Assembly: GCA_964016885.1 (NCBI GenBank)
Contig: OZ024755.1
Coordinates: 5,580,001-5,644,000, forward strand
DNA from: Eledone cirrhosa
Taxonomy: Eukaryota
Reading direction: 5' to 3'
Length of the DNA stretch: 64,000 bases
The notes beneath the pieces were generated by a model. That model was not told the origin of the DNA and did no database searches. It saw nothing but the letters and a program-made list of their open reading frames with translations. Numbering within the stretch: the first letter of the stretch is position 1; the number at the start of each line of letters is the position of its first letter. The translations under genes were made by a program, and so were the position numbers. This document shows, one piece after another, positions 24,850 through 38,870 of the stretch.

Positions 24850-25756
24850 AGATGACTGAGGTTGATAACGTAAATGTTTTGGCACTGAACCGAGTGAACC
24901 AGAACATTCTTAGAGCTGCAAGACTGGCAGAAACAGCAACATGAAGAACGACAGAGTAAATCAAATAAGCCTCGGTTAATGTAAGTATTTAATCTATCAA
25001 TTTCAGCTGACTATGAGGTCAGAACGTAAAACAGAAAATTAAAAAAATGTTGAGTAAAATAGAATTTTCTAAGAAGTTCTTCATAACTTTAAATGAAAAC
25101 GTAATATGGCTGTATGAGTGCAGCAACTGATATCTGAGATAGTTTTAAAATGATTTGCGAGATAGGTTGTTGTACAAATGGATAGTGACTATTTCAAGAA
25201 GCAGTGAATAAAATATGATGGGCTATCATAAATTAGGGATGAATGAGGTGTAACTAGGAAGAAGATATACCTGGAATAATTAAGATGCAATCATGTGTAT
25301 GTATATATATATATATATATATATATAGATCTGTATATATATATCTGTATATATATTAGTCAAGGATTTTGGCCAAACTCGAGTACCATAATCGGTTTTA
25401 TCAAGATCTGTATGATAAAACCGATTCTACAACATGTATGAACTTATCCCATTGGTAAGTGTTTCTGATTATTTATAAAACTATAAATCTACATCCCGAC
25501 ACTCTCACACACACACCAGCTATATAGTGATAACACTAATAAAGCATGATTTAGTATAAAGGTGTATATACCCCTATATATTATATATATTTATATTAAA
25601 CATGTATATAGACCCAGTCTGAGTATTTTAACGTCTGGTTATTTTACACCTCTCTCTTTCTATATATACATACATATAGGAACCAGTAAGACCCCGACAG
25701 CTGAGCTCAAGCCGTTTCGACGGCTAATTCACATATATATATATATATACATATAT

Positions 25757-25787
<31 letters not shown>

Positions 25788-25833
25788 CATACATGTATGT
25801 ATATATACATACATACATACATACACACATATA

Positions 25834-25930
25834 CAGGGTGTCCCAATAAATGTATTCACACTTTGATTACCTGTACAGGCAATATATATTAGAATACTGT
25901 GGAGGTATATATTCATTTTTTGGGGACTCT
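25834..25930. mobile_element. ~100-bp Tc1/mariner-type MITE (other copies 43672-43777, 46648-46751, 54757-54856; partial ~1392-1450 and ~37090-37162)
   Basis: TIR cagggtgtccc(c)aaaaatgtat / atacattttt..ggacaccctg, inserted in TA-rich microsatellites. Confidence 0.75.
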
Positions 25931-26149
25931 ATACATACACACACACACATATATATATATATATGAGTTTGAGGAAAAAGTAGATCCTTGACAAACAAAA
26001 CAAGTTCATGAACAACAATGTCTGGAACCTATTTATTTAAGTATAAATCTAAATAGAATTCTTCTACTCAGTGAATGATCTATTTCCTTTCATTTATAAC
26101 CGTATTACTATAGTTTAGAGCAGTAAGATGTGATTTCGCCTAAAACAAA

Positions 26150-26510
26150 ATTTCTTTAAGATCTTTTGAAGTTTTTAGTTGTCTGGGTAGCTTCCTCAAT
26201 TCTGTATATATTAAATTTCCGTATTTCCTCTTCCGATCTCTTCCTAATAGTTTTACAAGTTTCTATGTATTCCTCTTTCTGGATATTACCTTCTCCCCGC
26301 TCTTCTCTTTATAAACTTCAGTGTTTCCCTAAAGCCTCTTTTCTCCTTTACTCTCTTTGATTCCCACTCTGCTACCCTGAGCGATCTGTCTACAATTATA
26401 GCAACAACAATCATTTAACTCACTGAATTTTATATTTTGCTTTTCATTTCCAGATCATCATTTAAAACTTAAAATCTATTTTGTATACTTATTTGGTATT
26501 CTTCTGAACG
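26150..26510 (-). pseudogene. Decayed RTE LINE ORF fragment (linker between endonuclease and RT)
   Basis: Minus strand reads EYQISIQNRF*VLNDD ... ETLKFIKRR ... EEYIETCKTIRKRSEEEIRKFNIYRIEEA. Confidence 0.6.
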
Positions 26511-26624
26511 AATTGTACATTTACTTGTGGCACTGATCACCACGAGCCTGACTTACTCACACGAAGCCGTTCCCCTCGCTGTTTAACGAAAGTATGCACT
26601 CTGGCCAGCTGGGTTGGAATTTTA

Positions 26625-26975
26625 ATAATTGTTTCTACTTTTGGCACAAGGCCAGCAATTATCCAGTGCATTACTGGTACTTTATTTTATCGACTCCGTA
26701 AGGATGAAAGGCAAAGTTAACCTCGGCGGGATTTGAACTCAGAATGTCAAGCGCCGTAACTCTATGCTGCAAAGAATGACGTCCGACATTTAGAAATACT
26801 GTAGCAGACTTGGAATTAAACAGAGTAACGGACAAATGACGTTTTAAGGAAACACTCGTAAGGATGAAAGGCAAAGTTAACCTCCGCGGAATTTGAACTC
26901 AGAACGTAAAGGGTCGTAACACTATGCTGCGAAGCATGGTATCCGACGTTCTACCAATACTGCCAATTCACCGTC
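26625..26975 (-). mobile_element. Two tandem SINE family A copies
   Basis: Homology to family A. Confidence 0.85.
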
Positions 26976-28219
26976 ACAAGGAGTTCCCCAGATATACACA
27001 TTTATTGACTCAAAGAGACTATTTTTGTCTTCGCAGATTATTTTGTTTTTGTGTGTTATTATTGTTACTGTTATTGCTGTCGTTGTTGTTTTGGTTTTCA
27101 GGTTTGTTTCGTTATTCGGAGAATCGAACAGCATACAATTGAGATTACTTCTCGATTTCCGATCCGTGATGGATCCATTCCATTTCTCTTACGTCACTAA
27201 ACCCCAGAGGAAAGCTGTAAATGTTACAATTTTCTACACACCTTCTGCTTCTCCTACAATATTAGGTTTCACGTAAATATAAGAATCAAATATTAGTATT
27301 TCTCCGGATATTTGTTTACTTTCAGTGTAAACAGAAAAATGCAAATAGCATTGCATTCATCATGGATGCGAACGAAATACAAGTAGTGGCCTTTAAAGAG
27401 TATTTGGACAGATTTTCCATTACATATTGGGGAGTAACCACGTTGATATTTATCGATTAACTTTCTTGGCAATAGTGCAAACTATTGCAAAAGAAATAAT
27501 ACCTAAATTTCGATACATTAAAGCAGATCAATGCTTTTTATTGTCTATGTTTACACTTGAAATTGTATGTCAAAATTATTGTAAAAATACGTTGTTTATG
27601 AAGTGTAAATTTAGAATAATCAAAATGAAAATATAATAAAAAACAATTTGTTCTTTTGATATACGGAAATAGTTGCTGAAAATCAAATAAACAAAGTCTG
27701 ATAACGAAGTGAAAGAAAAGAGTTGAAGGAAAGATATAAAAAAAAAAAGGAAAAAACTGCTGAGAAATGCTGTATGTTGGATATATGAGTGCGCAAGTAT
27801 GTCTAGATATATTGGTGTGTTAGAAACATAGTTACTGAAATAGAAAAAAAAATATATAGACTCAAATGAAAACAAGTTAGTTTAAAGAGAAGGAAAGACG
27901 ATAAATAATGATATTCGTGTAAAATATATGAAAACTGCCGTAAGCGAAACAGAAAGATTCAAAGGCTCTGACAAAACTCATTAAAAGGGTCAGTTTTTCT
28001 TATGAGTTCACTCAGTAAGGAATGTAATTCATTCAATATAATGTTGATGAATGGAATCACAAGGTCTCAGATTTATTGGGTACAAAACGAATAGTCTAAC
28101 GTTCATTAACAGAATTATCAACGTTAATTGAAAACCGAAAACAAAAAGAGAAAATTGAGGAAAATACAAGTTAACACTAATGGAAGCTGTCACAGCTTCG
28201 GAAAACCAGAAAATAGTAA

Positions 28220-28672
28220 CTAATAATTGTTTCTACTTTTGGCACAAGGCCAGCAATTACCCAGTACATTACTGGTACTTTAGCTAACTTGGGCAGGATT
28301 GGAACCCAAAACGTAAAAGGCTGTAACTATGCCATGCTGTAATGTCAATCCACCCCTACCTATACTGTCAATCCACCCATACCTATACTGTCAATCCACC
28401 CCTACCTATACTGTCAATCCACCCCTATCTATACTGTCAATCCACCGTCCTTTATAAGTAATACTGATTTCTGATTTAGGCACAAGGCCAACAATTTTGA
28501 GGGCAGGGGAAAGTCAATTAAATCGACCCCAGTGCGTTACCAGTGCTTTGCTTATCGACCCTGTAATCATGAAAAGCAAAGCTAACCTCGACAGGATTTG
28601 AACTCAGAATGGCAAGGGCCGTAAATCTATGCCGCAAAGGATCTTTTTCGATGCTCTACCAATGCACCGCCC
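28220..28672 (-). mobile_element. Two SINE family A copies; the first ends in a 23-bp tandem repeat (~28342-28446)
   Basis: Homology to family A; unit tgtcaatccacccctacctatac x ~4.5. Confidence 0.8.
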
Positions 28673-30390
28673 TTTATAATAATAATTAATAATGAAAATA
28701 TTTATACTGGTGAGAAATGTTGAGAGAGGTGTCTTTACTTTACTTTCTGCTAACAATTGGCATGTAAAGATAAATAAGATATTAAAGTGTCAATCGCTGT
28801 CGAGTGGTGGCACATGGTCAGTTAAACTTTCAACTGAATTGATTTTTTCCTTTCCTTTAGAATCGATAAAATAGACAAGTCATGTATTGGTTTCGACAGA
28901 ATCAATGACACTCCTTCCAATAAAATAAGTTTTAATTTTTTTTTCTACTATCTAAAAAGGAATATTTAGAACTGACTAGGAAATTTTACTTTATTTTGAT
29001 ACGATTTTCTCTCCCTTTAAGTTTCTTATAAAATATTTAGACAACCATTAATGTCCGACCCGTAATTCAGTCTCGTAGGTTTAACTTCATCCTTGTTTTA
29101 ATTATTTAATATTTTATTGTTCTCTTCAGATATCGTGTTCCCAAATCTCCGAACCGTAAAATGTTATCCTAAGAGTACACTTAATAATTAATCGTCTCGA
29201 GCCAGGTCGTTATATATCGAAGTTCAATAAAAACAACTGATCATCCTTGTTGATAAATTACTCGTCTCCAGGACATATTTCATTCTTTTGTCTGGTTTCT
29301 GATAAATTTTCAGATATATTACACAAAACAATGCAACTGTTGGTATTGTAATGTGCCTTTAGCAACGTACTTTTAGATGTCTCCTTTTTTATTTGCTTCT
29401 AAATTTCTGTTAAAATTTCTATTGTTTATATATTATTATTATTTTATAATAATATATAATGGGTAATTGCTGGCCTTGTGCCTAACGTAGAAACAATTAT
29501 TATTTTATAAATATTTCATTCAATCGCATTGTTTTTAAAACTTAAATAAATAACAGTAATTTATAATTATTTTTTGACTTAACCAATCAACCTATTTAAC
29601 AGTATGACCTAGTCCCTCGGTACCTTTAGTGCAGTCCCACATGTTGCCAGCATTCGAGCTTAGGTGGAACAGAGTATAAATTCTTTCCTTCTAATGTTGT
29701 ACGCCCTGAAACATATCCTATTGGTTACCGTCCTCTTCTTTGACTACGACATATAAAACGAAATCAACTGGTCTTTGAGAGAGTACTGAAAACGTGTCAC
29801 TATAACCCGAGTCTACATTAGAAAATACTTATCCAAGATTGAACCAGAAACCACGTGATTGTGAAGCAAACTCCTCCATCACACAGCCATGTCTAGTAAA
29901 ATACTTTTTAATTCATAAAAACTAATTTCAGTACAAAAAAAATTCATTCAGATCTGAATAAATCTGACTAATGATAATACATTTAGCGTGGCAGTGGAAT
30001 TGTATCAGTGACCAGGTCGCAAATAGAGCGATTAAAATTGTGTCACTAAGAAATAAATGTAATGTGAATTTACTAGTTTTTTTAATAAATGAAACAGACA
30101 ATTCTAGAGGAGAAAGTCACAAACATGAGATGAAAATATTGACACCAAGAAATATATGATAGATGTAAAGTACATTTAGATATCTGTGTGTTTTTGAAGA
30201 ACTAAAAATTACTTTGACACGATGTAATTGCTTTAGGTTGAACAACGTCTGAGATCAAGTCATTTACTAGACAAACACGTCTCCGATAATACATTAAATT
30301 TAGCAAACTTATACCGCCATCTTGCTTAGTATATCAAGTGAGAACTTAATGTCGATTGAGAAAGAAGAGAATAATATCTTAACACAAACG

Positions 30391-30426
<36 letters not shown>

Positions 30427-30786
30427 GTGGTGTCTTTTATATAAGGTTGAGATAAGCATCACTATATCATAGATAGCAAACCTCCAGTAATGGAGAATAA
30501 TGACTTTAAAAAAAGAAATTTGAAAATGAAATAAAATTAATATATTTTCTGCATGAAGAAGTTTTATGGTAACACACACGCACACACACAAACAAACACA
30601 CACACACAAACAAACACACACACACACACAAAACCGCACCAAACAAAGTTAAAACTTGAAAGAGAAAACGAACAAGTGATTCCTATGACATTTCAATACA
30701 CTGTATATATATATCCTGACATTTCAATATCTTTACAAATTTAATGTGTAAACATAAATAATAATAGGTTTTCCATTTTCGATATC

Positions 30787-30828
30787 TTTATGCGTATGTT
30801 TATATATAGACATAAGAGCTTGTGACTT

Positions 30829-30863
<35 letters not shown>

Positions 30864-31039
30864 GTATAAGTGCGAAGACGGCTATATATAAACACACATC
30901 TTGGTAGATCTATACGTACACACACACTATATATATATATAGTGTGTATGTGTAGATATATAGCCGTCTTCGCACTTATACGTACATATATATATATAAA
31001 GTCACAAGATCTTATGTCTATATATAAACATACGCATAA

Positions 31040-31040
<1 letters not shown>
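30787..31040. repeat. Fold-back inverted repeat with ~85-100 bp arms
   Basis: tttatgcgtatgtttatatatagacataaga..ttgtgacttt..taagtgcgaagacggctatatat and its reverse complement. Confidence 0.9.
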
Positions 31041-31049
<9 letters not shown>

Positions 31050-31109
<60 letters not shown>

Positions 31110-31530
31110 TGGAGAGAGAGAGAGGATGGGTGGAGAGAGAGAGAGGATGGGTGGAGAGAGAGGGCGGGTGGAGAGAGAGAGGGTGGGTGGAGCGAGAGTG
31201 GGTGGGTGGATAGAGAGAGGGTGGGTAGAGAGAGAGAGGGTGGGTGTAGAGAGGGGGTGGGTGGGTGGAGAGAGAGAGAGGGTGGGTGGAGAGAGAGAGG
31301 GTGGGTGGAGAGAGAGAGAGAGGGTGGGTGGAGAGAGAGAGAGAGAGGGTGGGTGGAGAGAGAGAGAGAGAGGGTGGGTGGAGAGAAAGAGAGAGAGAGA
31401 GGGTGGGTGGAGAGAGAGAGAGAGGGTGGGTGGAGAGAAAGAGAGAGAGAGAGGGTGGGTGGAGAGAAAGAGAGAGAGAGAGGGTGGGTGGAGAGAGAGA
31501 GGGTGGGTGGAGAGAGAGAGAGAGAGAGAA
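31050..31530. repeat. (GA)n/GGGTGGGTGG compound purine-rich repeat
   Basis: Direct inspection. Confidence 0.95.
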
Positions 31531-32154
31531 AGTGAGGGATGTGGTCAGACGTTCCTCACTTAACGACCAGGATAGAGACACCGACCTGGTCGGTAAACGA
31601 ACTCAACACTTGACAATCAGATTCTGTTCCAACGACCTCGTCATAAAATATCTTTAGATACTGTTTTAATATCAGCACGCAGCAGGTGATTGGTTCCACG
31701 GGAATATGAAAAGCTAGCAACTATCGGTTTTATATTAAACGAATTATCTGAATAAAGACATTTGTAAAGGTCTAGCATAGTAGTTGGACATTTCTTTTTA
31801 CATTTTGACAAGTATAATACTATGGTTGCATCTCAGAAACAATATATATAGCATGAAAGCAATAACCTTTTTCTGTAGCTCGACAGAGAGAGACAGTTCA
31901 CAAACACGTGTATATCGTTAGAACTGGACTAGAAAATATGAAATTTCGGATAAAATGTCTTGCAGTAATTGTTCTTTCTACTTCTCGTAATTCTAAGGCA
32001 GAAGTTCTCAAAGTGGGTGCTATCACCCCTCGGGGTGGGGTAGGTTCGAATGGGGTGGGGTGGGGGCTTGAGAAGGTCCAGGTGGCTGCGCAGTAGACAT
32101 GATATAATACTATATTAAATATCAAATGATACATATTATATATACATATATAAT

Positions 32155-32378
32155 AGGGCGATGGATTGGCAGTATCGGTAGCGGGTCGGACGCCATGCTT
32201 TGCAGCAAAGAGTTATGGCCCTTTACGTTCTGAGTTCAAATCCCGTCGAGGTTAACTTTGCCTTTCATCCTTACGGGGTCGATAAAATAAAGTACCAGTC
32301 ACGCACTGGGGTCGATTTAATCGACTTCCCCCTACCCCCAAATTGCTGGCCTTGTGCCTATATAAGAAACCATTATAT
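32155..32378 (+). mobile_element. SINE family A, full length
   Basis: Homology to family A. Confidence 0.9.
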
Positions 32379-32492
32379 ATAAATTAGGAATTGGCAGTCG
32401 ATAAAATAAAGTACCAGTAATGAACTGAGTATTGCTGGCCTAATCCTACCGAGGTCAACTTCGCTCTTTATTTCCAGTTTTATCATCAACAA

Positions 32493-33175
32493 TGTGTATG
32501 TATGTATGGTCCCGTAACTCCTGAGAGAGTCGAAGGGGCGCCCTATTGACAGACGGCGGACCCCATCCCTCTCCAGGACCGAGTACAGCAGATTTCTTCC
32601 AGAGGAAGATAGAAAGAAAGAGAGAGGAAATAGTAAAGAGATATAGAGGAAGAATTGACCCCAGTACTAGACTGGTACTTTTTATTATCGATCTCGAAAG
32701 CAAGGGCCTTGCTATATCTCTGCCACCGTCGTCTAAATACCATCCATGGTCACCTCTCCCCTTATCCTATCACCAGTACTAAGGGCCTTGTTTCAGGAGG
32801 GTACCAGGGCACAAGCCCCCCTCCCCCCACTTTTTCAAACGTTTATATTATATTTTTTGTTTATTTGATATAATAAATTCTTTTTAAGCTTATTTTTTTT
32901 TTATATGAACTTCATTTATATATAAAATATATAAACAATTTAATTAGTGTAAACTGTTACTTATGTGCTAGGGTCCGGGAAATGCACCATAAGTCATTTA
33001 TGTTCCTTTAAGAATCAACAAATGTTGGTTTGTCCCCCTCACATTTTAAAAACAACGAGGCCCCCTGCTCGAAAGGATGAAAGGCAAAGTTGACCTCGGC
33101 GGGATTTGATCTCAGAGAGTAGAGAGTCGGAACAAATACCATAAAGCATTCCATCTGACGTTCTAACAACTCTAC
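32493..33175 (-). mobile_element. SINE family A variant with a long tail ending in (CATA)n, interrupted by a hAT MITE
   Basis: Body resumes at 33076 after the TSD; similar tail at ~43300-43420. Confidence 0.7.
32701..33067. mobile_element. hAT-type MITE with doubled left end and 8-bp TSD
   Basis: TSD ctcgaaag at 32693-32700 and 33068-33075. TIR-like starts at 32701 and 32780. Confidence 0.85.
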
Positions 33176-33610
33176 CATTCTATCTGACGTTCTAACCACT
33201 CTACCATTCTATCTGACGTTCTAACCACTCTACCACTCTATCTGACGTTCTAACCACTCTACAATTCTATCTGACGTTCTAACAACTCTACCATTCTATC
33301 TGACGTTCTAACGACTCTACCATTCTATCTGACGTTCTAACCACTCTACCATTCTATCTGACGTTCTAACCACTCTACATTCTATCTAACGTTCTAACGA
33401 CTCTGCCATTCTATCTGACGTTCTAACGACTCTGCCATTCTATCTGACGTTCTAACCACTCTACTATTCTATCAGACGTTCTAACCACTCTACTATTCTA
33501 TCAGACGTTCTAACCACTCTACCATTCTATCTGACGTTCTAACCAGTACCATTCTATCTGACGTTCTAACCACCCTACCATTCTATCTGACGTTCTAACC
33601 TCTCTACCAA
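33148..33610. repeat. 29-bp tandem repeat x ~16 derived from the SINE head
   Basis: Unit attctatctgacgttctaaccactctacc, contiguous with the SINE 5' region. Confidence 0.95.
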
Positions 33611-33624
33611 TTCGTCGCTTATCA

Positions 33625-34465
33625 ACAATACCACCACCATAATCACCACCGTCATCACTTCAACATCATCATCAGCACCTCCGCCACCACCACCACCATC
33701 ATCATCATCATACCGTCGAAACAACAACCGTACCCCCCCCCCTACTCTAGCAGTGTTATCTCAACATTACTATTTTCAACACTATCAACTATCACCCCGC
33801 CAACACACACACACACACCTTATTATCTACAAGTACTATCAACACTGCCAACAACAACAGCAATCATCATCATCAACAATGTAAAACAACTAAGTAATAT
33901 TAATAACAACAACAACTGGAACAACAACAATATCTAAAACAGCAAAACTAACAACAACAACAACAACTACTACTACTACTAGAGCAAAAACAACTAAAAT
34001 AATAACAGCAAAAAACGAAAAAATAACAACACAAATAACATGTAAAACAAGTAAAATAACAAAAGCAATAACTAGAATAAAGAAATCAACAACAACAACA
34101 ACAACAACACTGTAGCAACGACACTGCCAACAGCAATAACAGCTTCAACAACAATTTAACACCATCAACACCATCATCACACACATAACTATCGTCATCA
34201 CCTTGATCATCATCACCATCGCCGTCATTATCATCACCCTGATCATCATCAACACCACATCACACTCATCAACGCCGCCACATCATACATACCATCGCCA
34301 CCATCATCGTCGTCACTATCATCATCATCATCACTATAACCATCATCACCATCATCATCTATCATCATCATCATCATCATCACCATCATCAAACCATCGC
34401 CACCATCGCCACCATTATACCATCGCCACCATTACTATCACCACCACCACCACCACCACCATCAT
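33625..34465. repeat. Degenerate (CAT/CAC/AAC)n trinucleotide region
   Basis: Direct inspection. Confidence 0.9.
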
Positions 34466-34494
34466 TTCGTGCACGGAAACTAAAGAAGCCGGCC

Positions 34495-36400
34495 GTGTGT
34501 GTGTGTGTGGTGTGTGTGGAGTGTGTGGAGAGAGAGAGTGTGTGTGTGTGTGGTGTGTGTGGAGAGAGAGTGTGTGTGGTGTGTGTGGAGTGTGTGGAGT
34601 GTGTGGAGAGAGAGAGTGTGTGTGGTGTGTGTGGAGTGTGTGGAGAGAGAGAGTGTGTGTGGTGTGTGTGGAGTGTGTGGAGAGAGAGTGTGTGTGGTGT
34701 GTGTGGAGTGTGTGGAGAGAGAGTGTGTGTGGTGTGTGTGGAGTGTGTGGAGAGAGAGTGTGTGTGGTGTGTGTGGTGTGTGTGGTGTGTGGTGTGTGTG
34801 GAGTGTGTGGAGAGAGAGTGTGTGTGGTGTGTGTGGTGTGTGTGGTGTGTGGTGTGTGGTGTGTGTGGAGTGTGTGGAGAGAGAGTGTGTGTGGTGTGTG
34901 TGGTGTGTGTGGTGTGTGGTGTGTGGTGTGTGGTGTGTGTGGAGTGTGTGGAGAGAGAGTGTGTGTGGTGTGTGTGGAGTGTGTGGAGAGAGAGTGTATG
35001 TGGTGTGTGTGGTGTGTGTGGTGTGTGGTGTGTGGTGTGTGGTGTGTGTGGAGTGTGTGGAGAGAGAGTGTGTGTGGTGTGTGTGGTGTGTGTGGTGTGT
35101 GGTGTGTGTGGAGTGTGTGGAGAGAGAGTGTGTGTGGTGTGTGTGGAGTGTGTGGAGAGAGAGTGTGTGTGGTGTGTGTGGTGTGTGTGGAGAGAGAGTG
35201 TGTGTGGTGTGTGTGGAGTGTGTGGAGAGAGAGTGTGTGTGGTGTGTGTGGTGTGTGTGGTGTGTGGTGTGTGGTGTGTGTGGAGTGTGTGGAGAGAGAG
35301 TGTGTGTGGTGTGTGTGGTGTGTGTGGTGTGTGGTGTGTGGTGTGTGGTGTGTGTGGAGAGAGAGTGTGTGTGGTGTGTGTGGTGTGTGTGGTGTGTGGT
35401 GTGTGGTGTGTGTGGTGTGTGTGGAGAGAGAGTGTGTGTGGTGTGTGTGGAGTGTGTGGAGAGAGAGTGTGTGTGGTGTGTGTGGAGTGTGTGGAGAGAG
35501 AGTGTGTGTGGTGTGTGTGGTGTGTGTGGTGTGTGGTGTGTGGTGTGTGTGGAGTGTGTGGAGAGAGAGTGTGTGTGGTGTGTGTGGTGTGTGTGGTGTG
35601 TGGTGTGTGTGGAGTGTGTGGAGAGAGAGTGTGTGTGGTGTGTGTGGAGTGTGTGGAGAGAGAGTGTGTGTGGTGTGTGTGGTGTGTGTGGAGAGAGAGT
35701 GTGTGTGGTGTGTGTGGAGTGTGTGGAGAGAGAGTGTGTGTGGTGTGTGTGGTGTGTGTGGTGTGTGGTGTGTGGTGTGTGTGGAGTGTGTGGAGAGAGA
35801 GTGTGTGTGGTGTGTGTGGAGTGTGTGGAGAGAGAGTGTGTGTGGTGTGTGTGGTGTGTGTGGAGAGAGAGTGTGTGTGGTGTGTGTGGAGTGTGTGGAG
35901 AGAGAGTGTGTGTGGTGTGTGTGGTGTGTGTGGTGTGTGGTGTGTGGTGTGTGGTGTGTGTGGAGTGTGTGGAGAGAGAGTGTGTGTGGTGTGTGTGGAG
36001 TGTGTGGAGAGAGAGTGTGTGTGGTGTGTGTGGAGAGAGAGTGTGTGTGGTGTGTGTGGTGTGTGTGGTGTGTGTGGTGTGTGGTGTGTGGTGTGTGTGG
36101 AGTGTGTGGAGAGAGAGTGTGTGTGGTGTGTGTGGAGTGTGTGGAGAGAGAGTGTGTGTGGTGTGTGTGGAGAGAGAGTGTGTGTGGTGTGTGTGGTGTG
36201 TGTGGTGTGTGTGGTGTGTGGTTGTGTGTGTGTGGAGTGAGAGTGTGTGTGGTGTGTGGTGTGTGGTGTGTGTGTGGTGTGTGTGTGGTGTGTGGTGTGT
36301 GTGGTGTGTGTGTGTGTGTGGAGTGAGAGTGTGTGTGGTGTGTGGTGTGTGTGTGGAGTGTGTAGAGAGAGTGTGTGTGTGGTGTGTGTGTGTGTGTGTG
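34495..36400. repeat. ~1.9-kb G/T-rich compound satellite (gtgtgtg, gtgtgtggagtgtgtggagagaga)
   Basis: Direct inspection; source of the 580-700 aa ORFs. Confidence 0.95.
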
Positions 36401-36639
36401 TTAGTAGTTGGAAAAAAACCCTCTTAAAGTTTGTAGCAGGCTTCCAGAGATTCCGTCTATCAAGTTTCACTCACAAGCTTTACTCTATAGCAGAGGACAT
36501 TTGCCCAAGGTGTCACGCAGTGGGTCTAAACCCGAAGCTAAGTGGTTGCGAAGTGACCTTCTGACCCTCACAAGCCTGCCTGTGCCCACCAAATCCTATT
36601 GTCACAACAACACCAACAACAACGGCGGCACCAAGAATG

Positions 36640-37938
<1,299 letters not shown>

Positions 37939-38084
37939 TAGAGTGTAGTATAATAATACAAGGAAGAATGGTTACTCCTTCATTACGTTTATTGATTGGT
38001 GACGCGCGTTTCGCTACTGATCAGGTGGAGGGGGGGATATCATCGAAGTTTTGTTTGGGCCTAGATTTTGTCGTGTGTGGTTAG

Positions 38085-38300
38085 AATGTCTTAGGAAAGT
38101 ATCGCTGGACAGGAGCCCCTTAAGTAGATCCCGAGCCAAGATAGTTGGATAACATCCATGAGCTTGGCTGGTCACGCTTGGGGATCCAGCCAGATCAGTT
38201 GGAGTCTCTTGCTTCTCCCAGGATCCGCTAGAAGAACTGTTTGAGGACTCTGCCCCGACGACCCTCTCAGATAGAGGCATCCTTCTACAGGGTAACATTT
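38085..38300 (+). pseudogene. RTE LINE C-terminal fragment (second RTE family)
   Basis: Reads LDNIHELGWSRLGIQPDQLESLASPRIR*KNCLRTLPRRP; homologous to 58352-58595. Confidence 0.75.
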
Positions 38301-38809
38301 AAAAGGAATGCTACAAGTCCACGGTCACTTTGACCTGCCGTCCTCTAGAAAGGGACTCAGAAGAGAACCCTTTACTTTTGCAGTTTTCGGCGCATTCACC
38401 CAACACAGCGAAGGTTCTAGCTGATTATAGGCCTTATCCACCTGCAAGGGGACTGCAAAGGCTATGGGCTTAGCCCCTCTCATTCACGGCGACAGGTTAA
38501 TTGAAGAGGGAGACGTTATGTTTATAGTTCAAGGTGCTGGTAAAACAACTCACATCATCTCACTAAAGATGTGTGGAATGTCAGAGAGTGTGAGAGAGAG
38601 AGAGAGAGAAAGAAAGAAGAAAAAGACTGAAAGGGGAAAGATAGAAAGGAAGGAGTGACGGGAAGAGGAGAGGGGCAAAAGGAGGAAACAGTGGGAGGGA
38701 GAGAGAGAGAGTGCCAGGAAGAGATGCCTAGTAATAGTAAAGTTCTTTACACGGATACAAACTCTAAGCAACATTGGCGCGCCGACAAATTGCAAATAGA
38801 ATAGACTTG

Positions 38810-38870
<61 letters not shown>

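Noticed and set aside
30870-31657. ER/GW-rich ORFs
   Set aside because: Translated (GA)n/GGGT repeats.
34203-36470. 580-707 aa ORFs (Cys/Val/Trp- or His/Thr-rich)
   Set aside because: Translations of a stop-free GT/GA satellite, open in several frames on both strands.
38014-38298. Apparent paralogous ORFs 38014-38298(-) and 58391-58588(+) (GAESSN...CYP)
   Set aside because: Antisense readings of two RTE LINE C-terminal fragments.
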